Shown here piece after piece: positions 36,167 through 47,313 of a stretch of DNA of 64,000 nt. The DNA is from an uncultured Bacteroidia bacterium (lineage in GTDB: Bacteria; Bacteroidota; Bacteroidia; NS11-12g; UBA9320): positions 3,120 through 67,119 of the forward strand of contig CAWURO010000007.1 of the NCBI GenBank assembly GCA_963924815.1. Direction: 5' to 3'. The notes under the pieces are model-generated. The model was not told the DNA's origin and searched no databases. It saw nothing but the letters and a program-made list of their open reading frames with translations. A program made the translations under genes and the position numbers. Positions within the stretch are counted from its first letter, which is position 1, and every line of letters starts with the position of its first letter.

Positions 36167-37465
36167 ATGCGTAAGCTTATTTTTATACTGACATTAATTT
36201 GTACAATCGGTGCTGATGCACAAATAGCGATTCAAGATGTAGCTCATCAACTTGCTAAGCACAAATATAAAAAAGTGTATAGGTGCTTTGATGCTAATAT
36301 GCAAGATAAAGTACCTGCTTCTCAGCTAAAAAAAATATGGGAACAAATGGAATTGTCTGCTGGAAAACTAGGTAGTGTGGTTGATGTGCGTAAAAATTTA
36401 CGTGATGGAGGATCAAGGCAATCTGCCATGCTTCAATTTGAGCAGGCTGCAGTAAAAATGACCTTGTCAGTAAATGAAAATGGAGAGATTAATGGATTGT
36501 ATATTTCGCAGTTAGCCTATGAGCCTCCATTATACGGTAAAGATCTTGGGGTAGGTAAGAAGTACATTAATTTTCCGAGTCATTCTTATACTATATCTGG
36601 TGAGTTAGTTATCCCACTAGAATGCCAAAATTGTCCAGTTGTACTATTGGTGCATGGTTCTGGTCCAAATGACAAAGATGAGACAATAGGCCCGAATAAA
36701 GTCTTCAATGATTTAGCACTGGGTTTTGCAAGTAAAGGTATAGCTACTTATCGCTATGACAAAAGGTCTTATCTTTATCCTGATTCATTCAATGGGCAGT
36801 TTGATTTATATGATGAGACTATAAATGATGCAATTTCGGCATTTTACCACTTGAAGGCAGATACTTCGTTGCACTTTGGTAAGTATATTATGCTCGGACA
36901 TAGTTTAGGTGCATATGCTATGCCAATCATCGCTGATTCGTTGCAGGATAAGTTAAATGGAGCAATTTTATTCTCTGTGAATGCGAGTAAAATCGAAGAC
37001 CTAATTGCTTATCAAATGAAGTATTTAACCGAATACGATGGAGAAATAACAAAGGAAGAGGCAAAGATTATTGCAGAAAATACGAAGCAAGCTGAAAACA
37101 TAAGGCTAAATAGATATACCGCACAGACTACTGCTGAAGAGTTGTTGGCGTATTGGCCAGGAACTTTTTGGAAAGGTATAGAAGGGTATGATCCTATAAA
37201 AACCTTAGCAAAAAACACTGCTATGCAATTTTATATCTTGCAAGGGAAAAAGGATTATCAAATACCAATGAGCGAGTTTGAACTATGGCAAGCTGCCGTC
37301 GGAGCCAATGCTAATATCAAGATGCAAAGTTATGCTAACCTTACTCATTTGTTCACACCTACAAAGTCAGAAAGACCAAGCCCTGCTGATTATTTTTCAC
37401 CTAATAATGTGGAGTTTCAGGTTATATGGGATATGGCAGATTGGATAAAACTGGTGCTGCGCTAA
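36167..37465 (+). CDS. Secreted alpha/beta hydrolase with an N-terminal DUF3887-like domain
   Basis: It has a signal peptide MRKLIFILTLICTIGADAQ, the nucleophile elbow GHSLGA, and an HGSGPNDKDE oxyanion region. I prefer the ATG at 36167. Confidence 0.75.
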   Translation: MRKLIFILTLICTIGADAQIAIQDVAHQLAKHKYKKVYRCFDANMQDKVPASQLKKIWEQMELSAGKLGSVVDVRKNLRDGGSRQSAMLQFEQAAVKMTLSVNENGEINGLYISQLAYEPPLYGKDLGVGKKYINFPSHSYTISGELVIPLECQNCPVVLLVHGSGPNDKDETIGPNKVFNDLALGFASKGIATYRYDKRSYLYPDSFNGQFDLYDETINDAISAFYHLKADTSLHFGKYIMLGHSLGAYAMPIIADSLQDKLNGAILFSVNASKIEDLIAYQMKYLTEYDGEITKEEAKIIAENTKQAENIRLNRYTAQTTAEELLAYWPGTFWKGIEGYDPIKTLAKNTAMQFYILQGKKDYQIPMSEFELWQAAVGANANIKMQSYANLTHLFTPTKSERPSPADYFSPNNVEFQVIWDMADWIKLVLR

Positions 37466-37505
37466 ACAGAATTTAGCTGTACGTGAAAAATCACAGTTAT
37501 TCATT

Positions 37506-37538
37506 AAAAAAAATCCTAGTTCAAACTAGGATTTTTTT
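37506..37538. terminator. Bidirectional terminator between the alpha/beta hydrolase (+) and lon (-), overlapping the lon stop region
   Basis: AAAAAAAA-TCCTAGT-tcaa-ACTAGGA-TTTTTTT. The hairpin includes the last codons of lon. Confidence 0.75.
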
Positions 37539-39993
37539 CATCAACCACAGTCCATGTTTTATAACCTTTTACTTTTTGGGTTATTAAAGCATGTTCTAAA
37601 ACTTCACTCATTTGGTCTACAAAATGAAAGGTAAGGTCAGATATGTAAGAAGGTTTAATATCGTCTATGTCTTTTTTGTTAGCGCGACACATGATAATTT
37701 CTTTGATACCAGCTCGTTTAGCCGCGAGTATCTTTTCTTTTATACCGCCAACGGGGAGTACCTTTCCTCTTAAGGTTATTTCTCCTGTCATTGCGAGTCT
37801 ATTTTTAACCTTACGCTGAGTCATAAGTGATGCTAATGCGGTAAGTATAGTAATTCCTGCACTTGGACCATCCTTTGGTACTGCTCCAGCCGGAAAATGA
37901 ATATGCAAGTCGTATTGATCAAAGATCAATGGATTAATTTGGTATGTCTCTGCGTTTGCCTTGAGCCAAGTGATTGCATTTATAGCACTTTCTTTCATTA
38001 CATCACCAAGTTGCCCAGTTAAGGTTAGCTTACCTTTTCCTTTGGTTAGCGAACTTTCTACGAATAAAATATCACCGCCTACACTCGTCCACGCAAGACC
38101 AGTAACAACCCCTGCAACATCATTATTTTCATAAAGATCTTTTTCGATCTTATCGGTTCCTAAAATAGTTTCAACATGCTCATCGGTAATAGTGGCGTCA
38201 GGATTATTTTCGTAGACTATTTCCTTTGCTTGCCATCTGCATATTTTAGCAAGCCGTTTATCTAGGGTTCTCACACCACTTTCTCGTGTATACTCATCTA
38301 TTACTTTTTCGATTGTTTTATCGGTAAGTTTTAGTTGTAAAGGAGTTAAGCCATGCTCTTTTTTCTGTTTTGGGATCAAGTGCTTTTTGGCAATTCCGAT
38401 CTTCTCTTCTATAGTATAACCTGTAATGTCAATGATTTCCATACGGTCACGTAAGGCAGGTTGAATAGTATCTAGTCTATTTGCTGTTGCTATAAAAAGC
38501 ACTTTACTAAGATCGTAGTCTAGATCCACATAGTTGTCATGAAATGCACTGTTTTGTTCGGGGTCTAGCACCTCTAGTAAAGCAGACGATGGGTCACCTC
38601 TAAAATCATTACCAATTTTATCAATCTCGTCAAGTACAAAAATAGGGTTACTGGTGCCTGCTTTCTTGATGGATTGAATAATACGTCCAGGCATAGCTCC
38701 AATATAGGTTTTACGATGTCCTCTTAATTCAGATTCATCGTGCAAACCACCTAAACTCATTCTAACATATTCTCTATCCATGGCTTTGGCTATTGATTTG
38801 CCAAGGGATGTTTTTCCAACTCCCGGAGGGCCATATAAGCACAATATAGGACTTTTCATATCGCCTTTTAGTTTGAGAACAGCTAGATATTCAAGGATTC
38901 TTTCTTTTACTTTTTCTAATCCAAAATGATCGGCATCTAATACTTTTTTAGCTCGTTTTAGGTTGAAGCTATCTTTACTGTATTTGTCCCAAGGCAGTTC
39001 TAAAAGCAGTTCTGCATAATTTAAACTCACCGAGTAATCCGGTGTAGCGGGATTCATGCGCATTAGCCTGTCGAGTTCTTTATTGAAAGCCTTACTCACT
39101 TTGTCATTCCATTTTTTCTTTCTACCCCTCATGCGCAAACTTTCAATCTCTTGATCTGGGGAGTCGTGACCTAATTCCTCCTGTATTGCTCTTATTTGTT
39201 GTTGTAAAAAGTATTCTTTTTGTTGCTGGTCTAGATCTATCTTCACCTTGCTTTGAATCTTGTTTTTGAGTTCAAGCATTTGCAACTCTTTGTTGAGATA
39301 ATGTAGGACCCTATTGGCTTTTTTCTTGAAGTTTGGAAGTTCTAGTAATTCTTGTTTTTCATCAACGGTAACATTAAGGTTAGAAGAAATAAAGTTAACT
39401 AAAAAATTAGGTGAGTTTATATTCTTGAGTGCAAAGTTAGCTTCAGAAGGTATGTTTGGAGATTCCTCCACGATGCGCGAAGCTAGTTCTCGTATGCTAT
39501 CTATAGTTGCTTTCGATTCCTTGGTTTTGGTCGCTTTACCGTCTGTAATGGCCACAATGTCTCCTCTGAAATAAGGTTCTTCTTGTGTTATTTCGGTTAA
39601 TTCAAACTTTCGTTTGCCTTGTATAATAACGGTAATGTTACCATCTGGCATTTTAAGCATTTTTAGGATAACGCCGAGTGTACCTGTGGGGTACAAATCT
39701 GCAGCAGTTGGAGACTCTATACTTTGGTCTTTCTGAGTAATAACTCCTATTATTTTATCTTTTTTGTATGAATCCCGAATTAGTTTTATGGACTTATCTC
39801 GACCAACTGTAATAGGGAATACAATGCCAGGGAATAATACGGTATTGCGAAGCGGTAATAATGGCAGATTAGTAGGGTAGTCACTGTTGTTATCATCTTC
39901 AAATTCACTATCAGCTATTACGGAGATGATCTCTGACCCATCCTCGTCATTCATAAAGTCGTTACTTAGTTTAAATCTATTATCAAATGTCAT
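37516..39993 (-). CDS. lon: ATP-dependent Lon protease (endopeptidase La)
   Basis: 825 aa with a LON N-terminal domain, AAA+ GPPGVGKTS, and a protease domain with the catalytic Ser in PKDGPSAG. Confidence 0.96.
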   Translation of the reverse strand: MTFDNRFKLSNDFMNDEDGSEIISVIADSEFEDDNNSDYPTNLPLLPLRNTVLFPGIVFPITVGRDKSIKLIRDSYKKDKIIGVITQKDQSIESPTAADLYPTGTLGVILKMLKMPDGNITVIIQGKRKFELTEITQEEPYFRGDIVAITDGKATKTKESKATIDSIRELASRIVEESPNIPSEANFALKNINSPNFLVNFISSNLNVTVDEKQELLELPNFKKKANRVLHYLNKELQMLELKNKIQSKVKIDLDQQQKEYFLQQQIRAIQEELGHDSPDQEIESLRMRGRKKKWNDKVSKAFNKELDRLMRMNPATPDYSVSLNYAELLLELPWDKYSKDSFNLKRAKKVLDADHFGLEKVKERILEYLAVLKLKGDMKSPILCLYGPPGVGKTSLGKSIAKAMDREYVRMSLGGLHDESELRGHRKTYIGAMPGRIIQSIKKAGTSNPIFVLDEIDKIGNDFRGDPSSALLEVLDPEQNSAFHDNYVDLDYDLSKVLFIATANRLDTIQPALRDRMEIIDITGYTIEEKIGIAKKHLIPKQKKEHGLTPLQLKLTDKTIEKVIDEYTRESGVRTLDKRLAKICRWQAKEIVYENNPDATITDEHVETILGTDKIEKDLYENNDVAGVVTGLAWTSVGGDILFVESSLTKGKGKLTLTGQLGDVMKESAINAITWLKANAETYQINPLIFDQYDLHIHFPAGAVPKDGPSAGITILTALASLMTQRKVKNRLAMTGEITLRGKVLPVGGIKEKILAAKRAGIKEIIMCRANKKDIDDIKPSYISDLTFHFVDQMSEVLEHALITQKVKGYKTWTVVDEKNPSLN

Positions 39994-40202
39994 TTTTTGT
40001 CAAATTGTCACCCATAATCATTTTTATGAGCAGAACACTTAGATGGGCAAAGCCTATGCCAATTACACCTAAATGAATAGCCATGAAAATACTTTCTTAT
40101 GTCTACCGCTTGTTGTCAAATGTAAGAAAATAATAAGAATAAAATTTTTCATTAAAATGAAAAATTATGCATCTATATTTGAAGTTCAAAACATAATCTA
40201 AC

Positions 40203-41060
40203 ATGAAAAAAATTAAACTTTTATCTTTAGTTGCTCTAATGTCTGTTGGGGCGATATTTTTAAGCAATTGTGGACCTGAAACGGTGGAAGCTCCAAAACC
40301 AATAGTTAATTTTTTAGCGGATGCTAAATACGTTTCGGCTAACTCTTCATTAGCGGCAAGTTCTGATTTTATTATAGGTCTTACAGCTACGCATAGTTCA
40401 TCATTAAGTACATTAACTATAACCAAAGCCTTAAACGGTGGTCCTGCAGTTATCGAAAAAGAAGAAGAATTAAGCGGTAATACCCTAGCGATATATGAAT
40501 ACAAGGGTGTAACAGAAGCAAATACTGGTACCGAAGTATATACATTTACGGTTGCAGACAAAAGCGGTAATTCTACTTCTAAAACTATAACCATTACGAA
40601 TATTGGTGATCCAGGATTAGTATTGATAGATTTAACCGTCGATAATAATGGTGATTTTTTCAAAGTATATAACTTTAGAGCCCCAACAGGATTTTATGGA
40701 GCCTATTACTTGGGCGGAGGTCCATTGGCATATAATGATCCGGATTCTCAAAAAGATATTCAGGATTCTACGGTAGTAGGTGAAAAATGGCCAGGTAGAT
40801 GGACTTCTAGAAATGGAACCACATTCAAAAAAATGTCTGCAGATAAGTGGAATACTATTACTAATGATGCCACTATAATTGCAGCGTGGGCAGCAACTAC
40901 ATCAGGGGAAGTTTCTGTAATTACGCTTAATGAAGGAGACGCTTACCTAGTTAATATAAAAGGTACATCTACCAAATTTGCTATGGTGATGATTACAGCA
41001 TTGGACAAAACAGCTCCTCCAAAGGAATTTGCTCAATTTATTTACAAGATACAACAATAA
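40203..41060 (+). CDS. Hypothetical lipoprotein
   Basis: 285 aa with lipobox AIFLSNCG, and Thr/Ser-rich beta-type sequence. I prefer it over the fully antisense ORF 40103..40663. Confidence 0.7.
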   Translation: MKKIKLLSLVALMSVGAIFLSNCGPETVEAPKPIVNFLADAKYVSANSSLAASSDFIIGLTATHSSSLSTLTITKALNGGPAVIEKEEELSGNTLAIYEYKGVTEANTGTEVYTFTVADKSGNSTSKTITITNIGDPGLVLIDLTVDNNGDFFKVYNFRAPTGFYGAYYLGGGPLAYNDPDSQKDIQDSTVVGEKWPGRWTSRNGTTFKKMSADKWNTITNDATIIAAWAATTSGEVSVITLNEGDAYLVNIKGTSTKFAMVMITALDKTAPPKEFAQFIYKIQQ

Positions 41061-41093
41061 CAATCGGTAACTTGTGCACTAATAATATTACGA

Positions 41094-41123
41094 AAGGTCT
41101 TGCGATAGCAAGACCTTTTTTAT
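41094..41123 (+). terminator. Rho-independent terminator after the hypothetical lipoprotein gene
   Basis: AAGGTCTTGC-gata-GCAAGACCTT followed by TTTTATTTTT. Confidence 0.85.
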
Positions 41124-41156
41124 TTTTACACCATATTAACAGTAATTAATAAAAGT

Positions 41157-42128
41157 TTGAAAACAATAGGAGTGTATACCAGTGGAGGCGATGCCCCAGG
41201 TATGAATGCATGTGTAAGAGCGGTAGTGCGTACAGCCATATATCACGGTCTGAATGTAAAAGGAATAATGAGAGGCTATGAGGGAATGATTTCGGGAGAA
41301 ATCATAGATCTAGATAGACAATCTGTAGCTAATGTAATTCAGCGTGGTGGGACATTCTTGAAAACAGCCCGAAGCGCAGAATTCATGACACCTGAAGGCA
41401 GAAAAAAAGCCTATGAGAACGTTATAGCAAATGGCATTGATGCATTAGTGTGCATAGGGGGTAATGGCTCATACACAGGGGCTAAAATATTTACAGAGGA
41501 ATATGGAATTCCTTGTATAGGATTACCGGGCACTATAGATAACGATTTGTATGGAACCGATTATACGATTGGTTATGACACGGCAATAAATACTGCTTTA
41601 GATGCTATCGACAAAATAAGAGACACCGCACACTCGCACGAGCGTGTTTTTATTGTAGAAGTTATGGGAAGAGATAGTGGATTCATTGCCCTAGATGTTG
41701 CCATTGCTGGGGGTGCCGAGGGTGCACTTATTCCGGAGGATATAGAAGATTGGGATAAGGTTATAAAGCACTTTAGTAGAGAAGGAAGGCGGCAAAAGTC
41801 TTTTTCAATAATAGTAGTAGCAGAAGGTGATGAGCAGGGAGGAGCATTGATTTTAGAAAAAAAATTAGCGGATATTTATCCGGATTTAAAGATACGAAGC
41901 ACCATACTTGGTCATGTACAAAGAGGCGGGAGCCCTAGTGCTCGAGATAGAATTTTGGCTTCAAGGTTAGGATCAGAGGCAGTAAAAGCACTTATAGATG
42001 GTCAAAAGTCAATAACCGTCGGTATCGTAAATGATCAGGTATCTTATACCCCCTTTGCTTTGGCTATTCATGGTAAAAAGTCTGTTTCAAAAGACTTAAT
42101 TCAATTGGCTGAAATTTTAGCGAAATAA
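41157..42128 (+). CDS. pfkA: ATP-dependent 6-phosphofructokinase
   Basis: 323 aa with GVYTSGGDAPGMNA, GGNGS, PGTIDND and MGR motifs. TTG start. Confidence 0.94.
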   Translation: MKTIGVYTSGGDAPGMNACVRAVVRTAIYHGLNVKGIMRGYEGMISGEIIDLDRQSVANVIQRGGTFLKTARSAEFMTPEGRKKAYENVIANGIDALVCIGGNGSYTGAKIFTEEYGIPCIGLPGTIDNDLYGTDYTIGYDTAINTALDAIDKIRDTAHSHERVFIVEVMGRDSGFIALDVAIAGGAEGALIPEDIEDWDKVIKHFSREGRRQKSFSIIVVAEGDEQGGALILEKKLADIYPDLKIRSTILGHVQRGGSPSARDRILASRLGSEAVKALIDGQKSITVGIVNDQVSYTPFALAIHGKKSVSKDLIQLAEILAK

Positions 42129-42150
42129 AGTTAGATTTTAATAAACTCAT

Positions 42151-42200
42151 AATCCATAAAAAAGCCCATCTTAAAGTTAAGATGGGCTTTTTTATGGATT
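42151..42200. terminator. Bidirectional terminator: 24-bp perfect inverted repeat between pfkA (+) and gyrB (-)
   Basis: AATCCATAAAAAAGCCCATCTTAA (42151..42174) is the exact reverse complement of 42177..42200. The core GC stem is AAGCCCATC/GATGGGCTT, flanked by A and T runs. Confidence 0.85.
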
Positions 42201-42208
42201 AAATACTC

Positions 42209-44233
<2,025 letters not shown>

Positions 44234-44283
44234 TTAAACTCACACGAAAATAATTTTAAAACGCTGATAATTAGAATTTTAAG

Positions 44284-45321
44284 TTATGTAATTTCCCCTC
44301 TTAAGTTTTGAGAGAGTATAGAACGTCTTTCGGGTATGTTAAAGTTCCCAATTACCCACATGAGTTTAGTTAATGCAGCCTCCGAAGTAATGTCCTTACC
44401 GTCTATAACAATAGTGTTTTTAAGCACCATACTGCTTTCATACTGACCAAGTTCTATTTTGCCGTTTGGACATTGTGTTGTTGCAAGTATGAGCGTATTG
44501 GTAGATTCACATTCGGATATTAACTCATGCCAACTTTTACTCGTGGGTAAATTTCCTGCTCCAAAGGTTTTAAGAACTATACCTTCAATTTTTTTACTTT
44601 TCACCAACTCAATAAGGTGTCGGGGGTTATATCCTGGGAATACAGTGACATTTACGACACTGTCACTGAATTTTGTTTTTAAGCTAAATTCCTCCTGTGT
44701 GGATGAATGATAGAGTAAATGTTTATTAACTAGGATTTGCTGTTCCAAATTGGCGAGATTCTCAAAATTAGGAGAGCTAAAGCCTTCAAAATCATTGGTG
44801 CTTGTTTTTACTGCTCGATTTCCTCGCAATACATCGTCATTAAAGCAAATACAAACTTCGGGGATACAAGCTAAATCAAAACTCTTATAACCAGCAATGT
44901 AAATAGCGTTACTTAAGTTTACAATCCCATCCGTACGGGGATGAAATATGGGTAACTGCGCCCCAGTAAGTACTACTGGTTTTGTTAAATTTTGAAAAAT
45001 AAAACTGAGTGCAGAGGCTGTGTAGGCCAAGGTGTCGGTGCCATGAAGTATGATAAATCCATCATGACTTTTATAATTTTCTTGTACTTTATGTGCAATT
45101 CCTTCCCATATTTGAGGCGTTATGTCAGAAGAATCAATAACTGGCTCTAAGGTTTCGAATGTAAAGTTGATTTCTGAGAAGTAGTGAAAGAATGTTTGAT
45201 TTTTTATAGCAGGTAGATAATCAATGATTTCTTCCCATGTACTAGGTTGCAATCCATTTCCTCCAGTATTTTTCATACCAAAGGTTCCACCCGTATAAAG
45301 AATATAAACCTTACTTTTCAC
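44284..45321 (-). CDS. ansA: L-asparaginase, type I (cytoplasmic)
   Basis: 345 aa with the catalytic-Thr motif TGGTFGM and HGTDTLAYTASAL. GTG start, 3 nt after the pyrB stop. Confidence 0.88.
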   Translation of the reverse strand: MKSKVYILYTGGTFGMKNTGGNGLQPSTWEEIIDYLPAIKNQTFFHYFSEINFTFETLEPVIDSSDITPQIWEGIAHKVQENYKSHDGFIILHGTDTLAYTASALSFIFQNLTKPVVLTGAQLPIFHPRTDGIVNLSNAIYIAGYKSFDLACIPEVCICFNDDVLRGNRAVKTSTNDFEGFSSPNFENLANLEQQILVNKHLLYHSSTQEEFSLKTKFSDSVVNVTVFPGYNPRHLIELVKSKKIEGIVLKTFGAGNLPTSKSWHELISECESTNTLILATTQCPNGKIELGQYESSMVLKNTIVIDGKDITSEAALTKLMWVIGNFNIPERRSILSQNLRGEIT

Positions 45322-45324
45322 CTT

Positions 45325-46254
45325 TTAGCTGTTTGGTTTTCCTGCGAGCAGATATAGAATGGCCATTCTGATGGCTACACCATTTTCTACTTGATTTAGT
45401 ATGATACTCTGCTCAGAATCGGCTACTTCACTTGTGATTTCTACTCCTCTGTTTATCGGTCCAGGGTGCATCAAGATTATTTCTTTTTTGAGATTCTTTA
45501 GCATGGGCATAGTAATTCCGTATTGTAATGAATATTCTCGAAGACTGGGGAAATATTTATCCTCTTGTCGTTCGAGTTGTATACGTAACATATTGGCGCA
45601 ATCACACCATTCTAATGTTTCCTGTAGATTATGACTTACTTCCACTCCAAGACTTCCTATATGCTTTGGTAATAGAGTAGGAGGACCGCAAACGGTAACT
45701 TTGGCCCCGAGTTTTTGCAAGCAGTAGATGTTGCTTAATGCCACTCTGGAGTGAAGTATGTCCCCAATTATTGCGATCTTTTTATCTTTTAAGTCACCTA
45801 AGGCTTCCCGTATAGAAAAAGCGTCGAGTAAAGCTTGTGTTGGGTGCTCGTGAGTTCCGTCCCCTGCATTTATAATATTGGCATCTATGTGACGAGAGAG
45901 AAATTGATGTGCACCAGGTGCTGGATGTCTCATTACCACCATATCTACTTTCATTGCCAAAATGTTGTTTACCGTATCAATAAGAGTTTCTCCTTTTTTT
46001 ACAGATGAGTTAGAGCTTGAAAAATTAATCACGTCAGCAGAAAGTCTCTTTTCTGCTAGTTCAAATGATATTTTTGTTCGGGTACTATTCTCAAAAAAAA
46101 CATTTGCAATAGTGATGTCTCTAAGCGAAGGAACCTTTTTGATAGGTCTATTTATTACCTGCTTGAAGTTTTCAGCAGTTTTGAAAATAAGGTTTATGTC
46201 ATCTACTGTGATGTTACTAATACCTAATAGGTGTTTTGAAGAAAGTTGAGACAT
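45325..46254 (-). CDS. pyrB: Aspartate carbamoyltransferase catalytic subunit
   Basis: 309 aa with STRTK, HPTQALLD and HPGP motifs. The start overlaps the pyrR stop (TAATG). Confidence 0.95.
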   Translation of the reverse strand: MSQLSSKHLLGISNITVDDINLIFKTAENFKQVINRPIKKVPSLRDITIANVFFENSTRTKISFELAEKRLSADVINFSSSNSSVKKGETLIDTVNNILAMKVDMVVMRHPAPGAHQFLSRHIDANIINAGDGTHEHPTQALLDAFSIREALGDLKDKKIAIIGDILHSRVALSNIYCLQKLGAKVTVCGPPTLLPKHIGSLGVEVSHNLQETLEWCDCANMLRIQLERQEDKYFPSLREYSLQYGITMPMLKNLKKEIILMHPGPINRGVEITSEVADSEQSIILNQVENGVAIRMAILYLLAGKPNS

Positions 46255-46790
46255 TATTTTGCGTTATCCGTTATTATCCATACTTTACATTGATTATTAT
46301 CCCATTCTACTTTGACGTAATCATCCGTTCGAGAATCTACATTTTCGCCGATATAATCTGGTTGAATAGGAACCTCTCTTTTATATTTTCTATTAATAAG
46401 GGTTACAAGCTCTATGGATGCAGGTCTGCCATAATCATTTACAGCGTCTAAAGCTGCTCTAATACTTCTTCCGGTGTATAATACGTCATCCACTAGAATA
46501 ATGCGTTTATTTTCAATTTCGAAATCAATATTTACTTCATTAGGAATTAGTAGCTTATCGGATCTTCTGAAATCATCTCGGTGAAAGGTAGTGTCTAACT
46601 CACCGTAAGTAGCATGGATCCCAAATAGCGTTTCTAATTTTTGAACGATAGCTTTACCTAGTAGAATTCCTTTTGGCTGAAGGGCAAGAATTGCCGTATG
46701 GTTAAAATCTCCATGATCCTCAACCAATTGGTGGCATATTCGGGTCAGAATAAGGTCTACCTGTTTATATTCTAATATTATTCGTTTCAT
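46254..46790 (-). CDS. pyrR: Bifunctional pyr operon regulator / uracil phosphoribosyltransferase PyrR
   Basis: 178 aa with the PRTase motif ILVDDVLYTGRSIRAA and a PyrR-type N-terminus. Confidence 0.9.
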   Translation of the reverse strand: MKRIILEYKQVDLILTRICHQLVEDHGDFNHTAILALQPKGILLGKAIVQKLETLFGIHATYGELDTTFHRDDFRRSDKLLIPNEVNIDFEIENKRIILVDDVLYTGRSIRAALDAVNDYGRPASIELVTLINRKYKREVPIQPDYIGENVDSRTDDYVKVEWDNNQCKVWIITDNAK

Positions 46791-47200
46791 AAGGTGGTCT
46801 GCGCCAACTTCATAATTTCTTCAAATTCAAATTCTTGCACGGGCCCAACGGATAATCTACTTTGCTTAACTAAGGCCATTGAGGCTAAAGTGTCATTTGC
46901 CTTAATAGTTTCTAGTTTTACCGGTTTTATGAGCGGTTTTATAGCTTGCACATCCACGGCGACCCATTGCTCATCTTCCGAGGTAGGATCAGGGTAATGC
47001 TCTTTTATTACGCGAGCAAGTCCAACTATTTCTTTTCCTTCATTACTATGATAGAAAAAACAAATATCCCCATTCTGCATTGCTTTTAAATGAATTCTAG
47101 CTCCATAGCTTCGAACACCGTCCCAAAAAGTGCTATTATCTGCTACCATTTGATCCCAGCTATATTTGAATGGTTCAGATTTTATTAACCAATAATTCAT
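46787..47200 (-). CDS. EVE (PUA-like) domain protein
   Basis: 137 aa. MNYWLIKSEP...WDGVRSY.ARIHLKAMQNGDICFFYHS is the EVE/ASCH-like signature. An ATGA overlap links it to pyrR. Confidence 0.85.
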   Translation of the reverse strand: MNYWLIKSEPFKYSWDQMVADNSTFWDGVRSYGARIHLKAMQNGDICFFYHSNEGKEIVGLARVIKEHYPDPTSEDEQWVAVDVQAIKPLIKPVKLETIKANDTLASMALVKQSRLSVGPVQEFEFEEIMKLAQTTL

Positions 47201-47263
47201 TCCGGTTCAAAACAACATATTTTTTTTCATTTTGCAGCTATACTTCTTAAGAAACAATAGGAC

Positions 47264-47297
47264 AAAAAAAATCCCGACCATAAGGCCGGGATTTTTG
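47264..47297 (-). terminator. Rho-independent terminator after rpsA
   Basis: The reverse strand reads AAAAATCCCGGCC-ttat-GGTCGGGATTTTTTTT, with one mismatch in the stem. Confidence 0.8.
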
Positions 47298-47313
47298 CAT
47301 AGCTTATTAAAAC

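Noticed and set aside
40103-40663. A 186-aa ORF on the minus strand, antisense to the 5' part of the lipoprotein gene.
   Set aside because: It is fully antisense to a gene that has a clear lipoprotein signal (AIFLSNCG). Its own N-terminus reads through the lipoprotein gene's AT-rich upstream region, and its sequence is low complexity. It looks like a typical shadow ORF.
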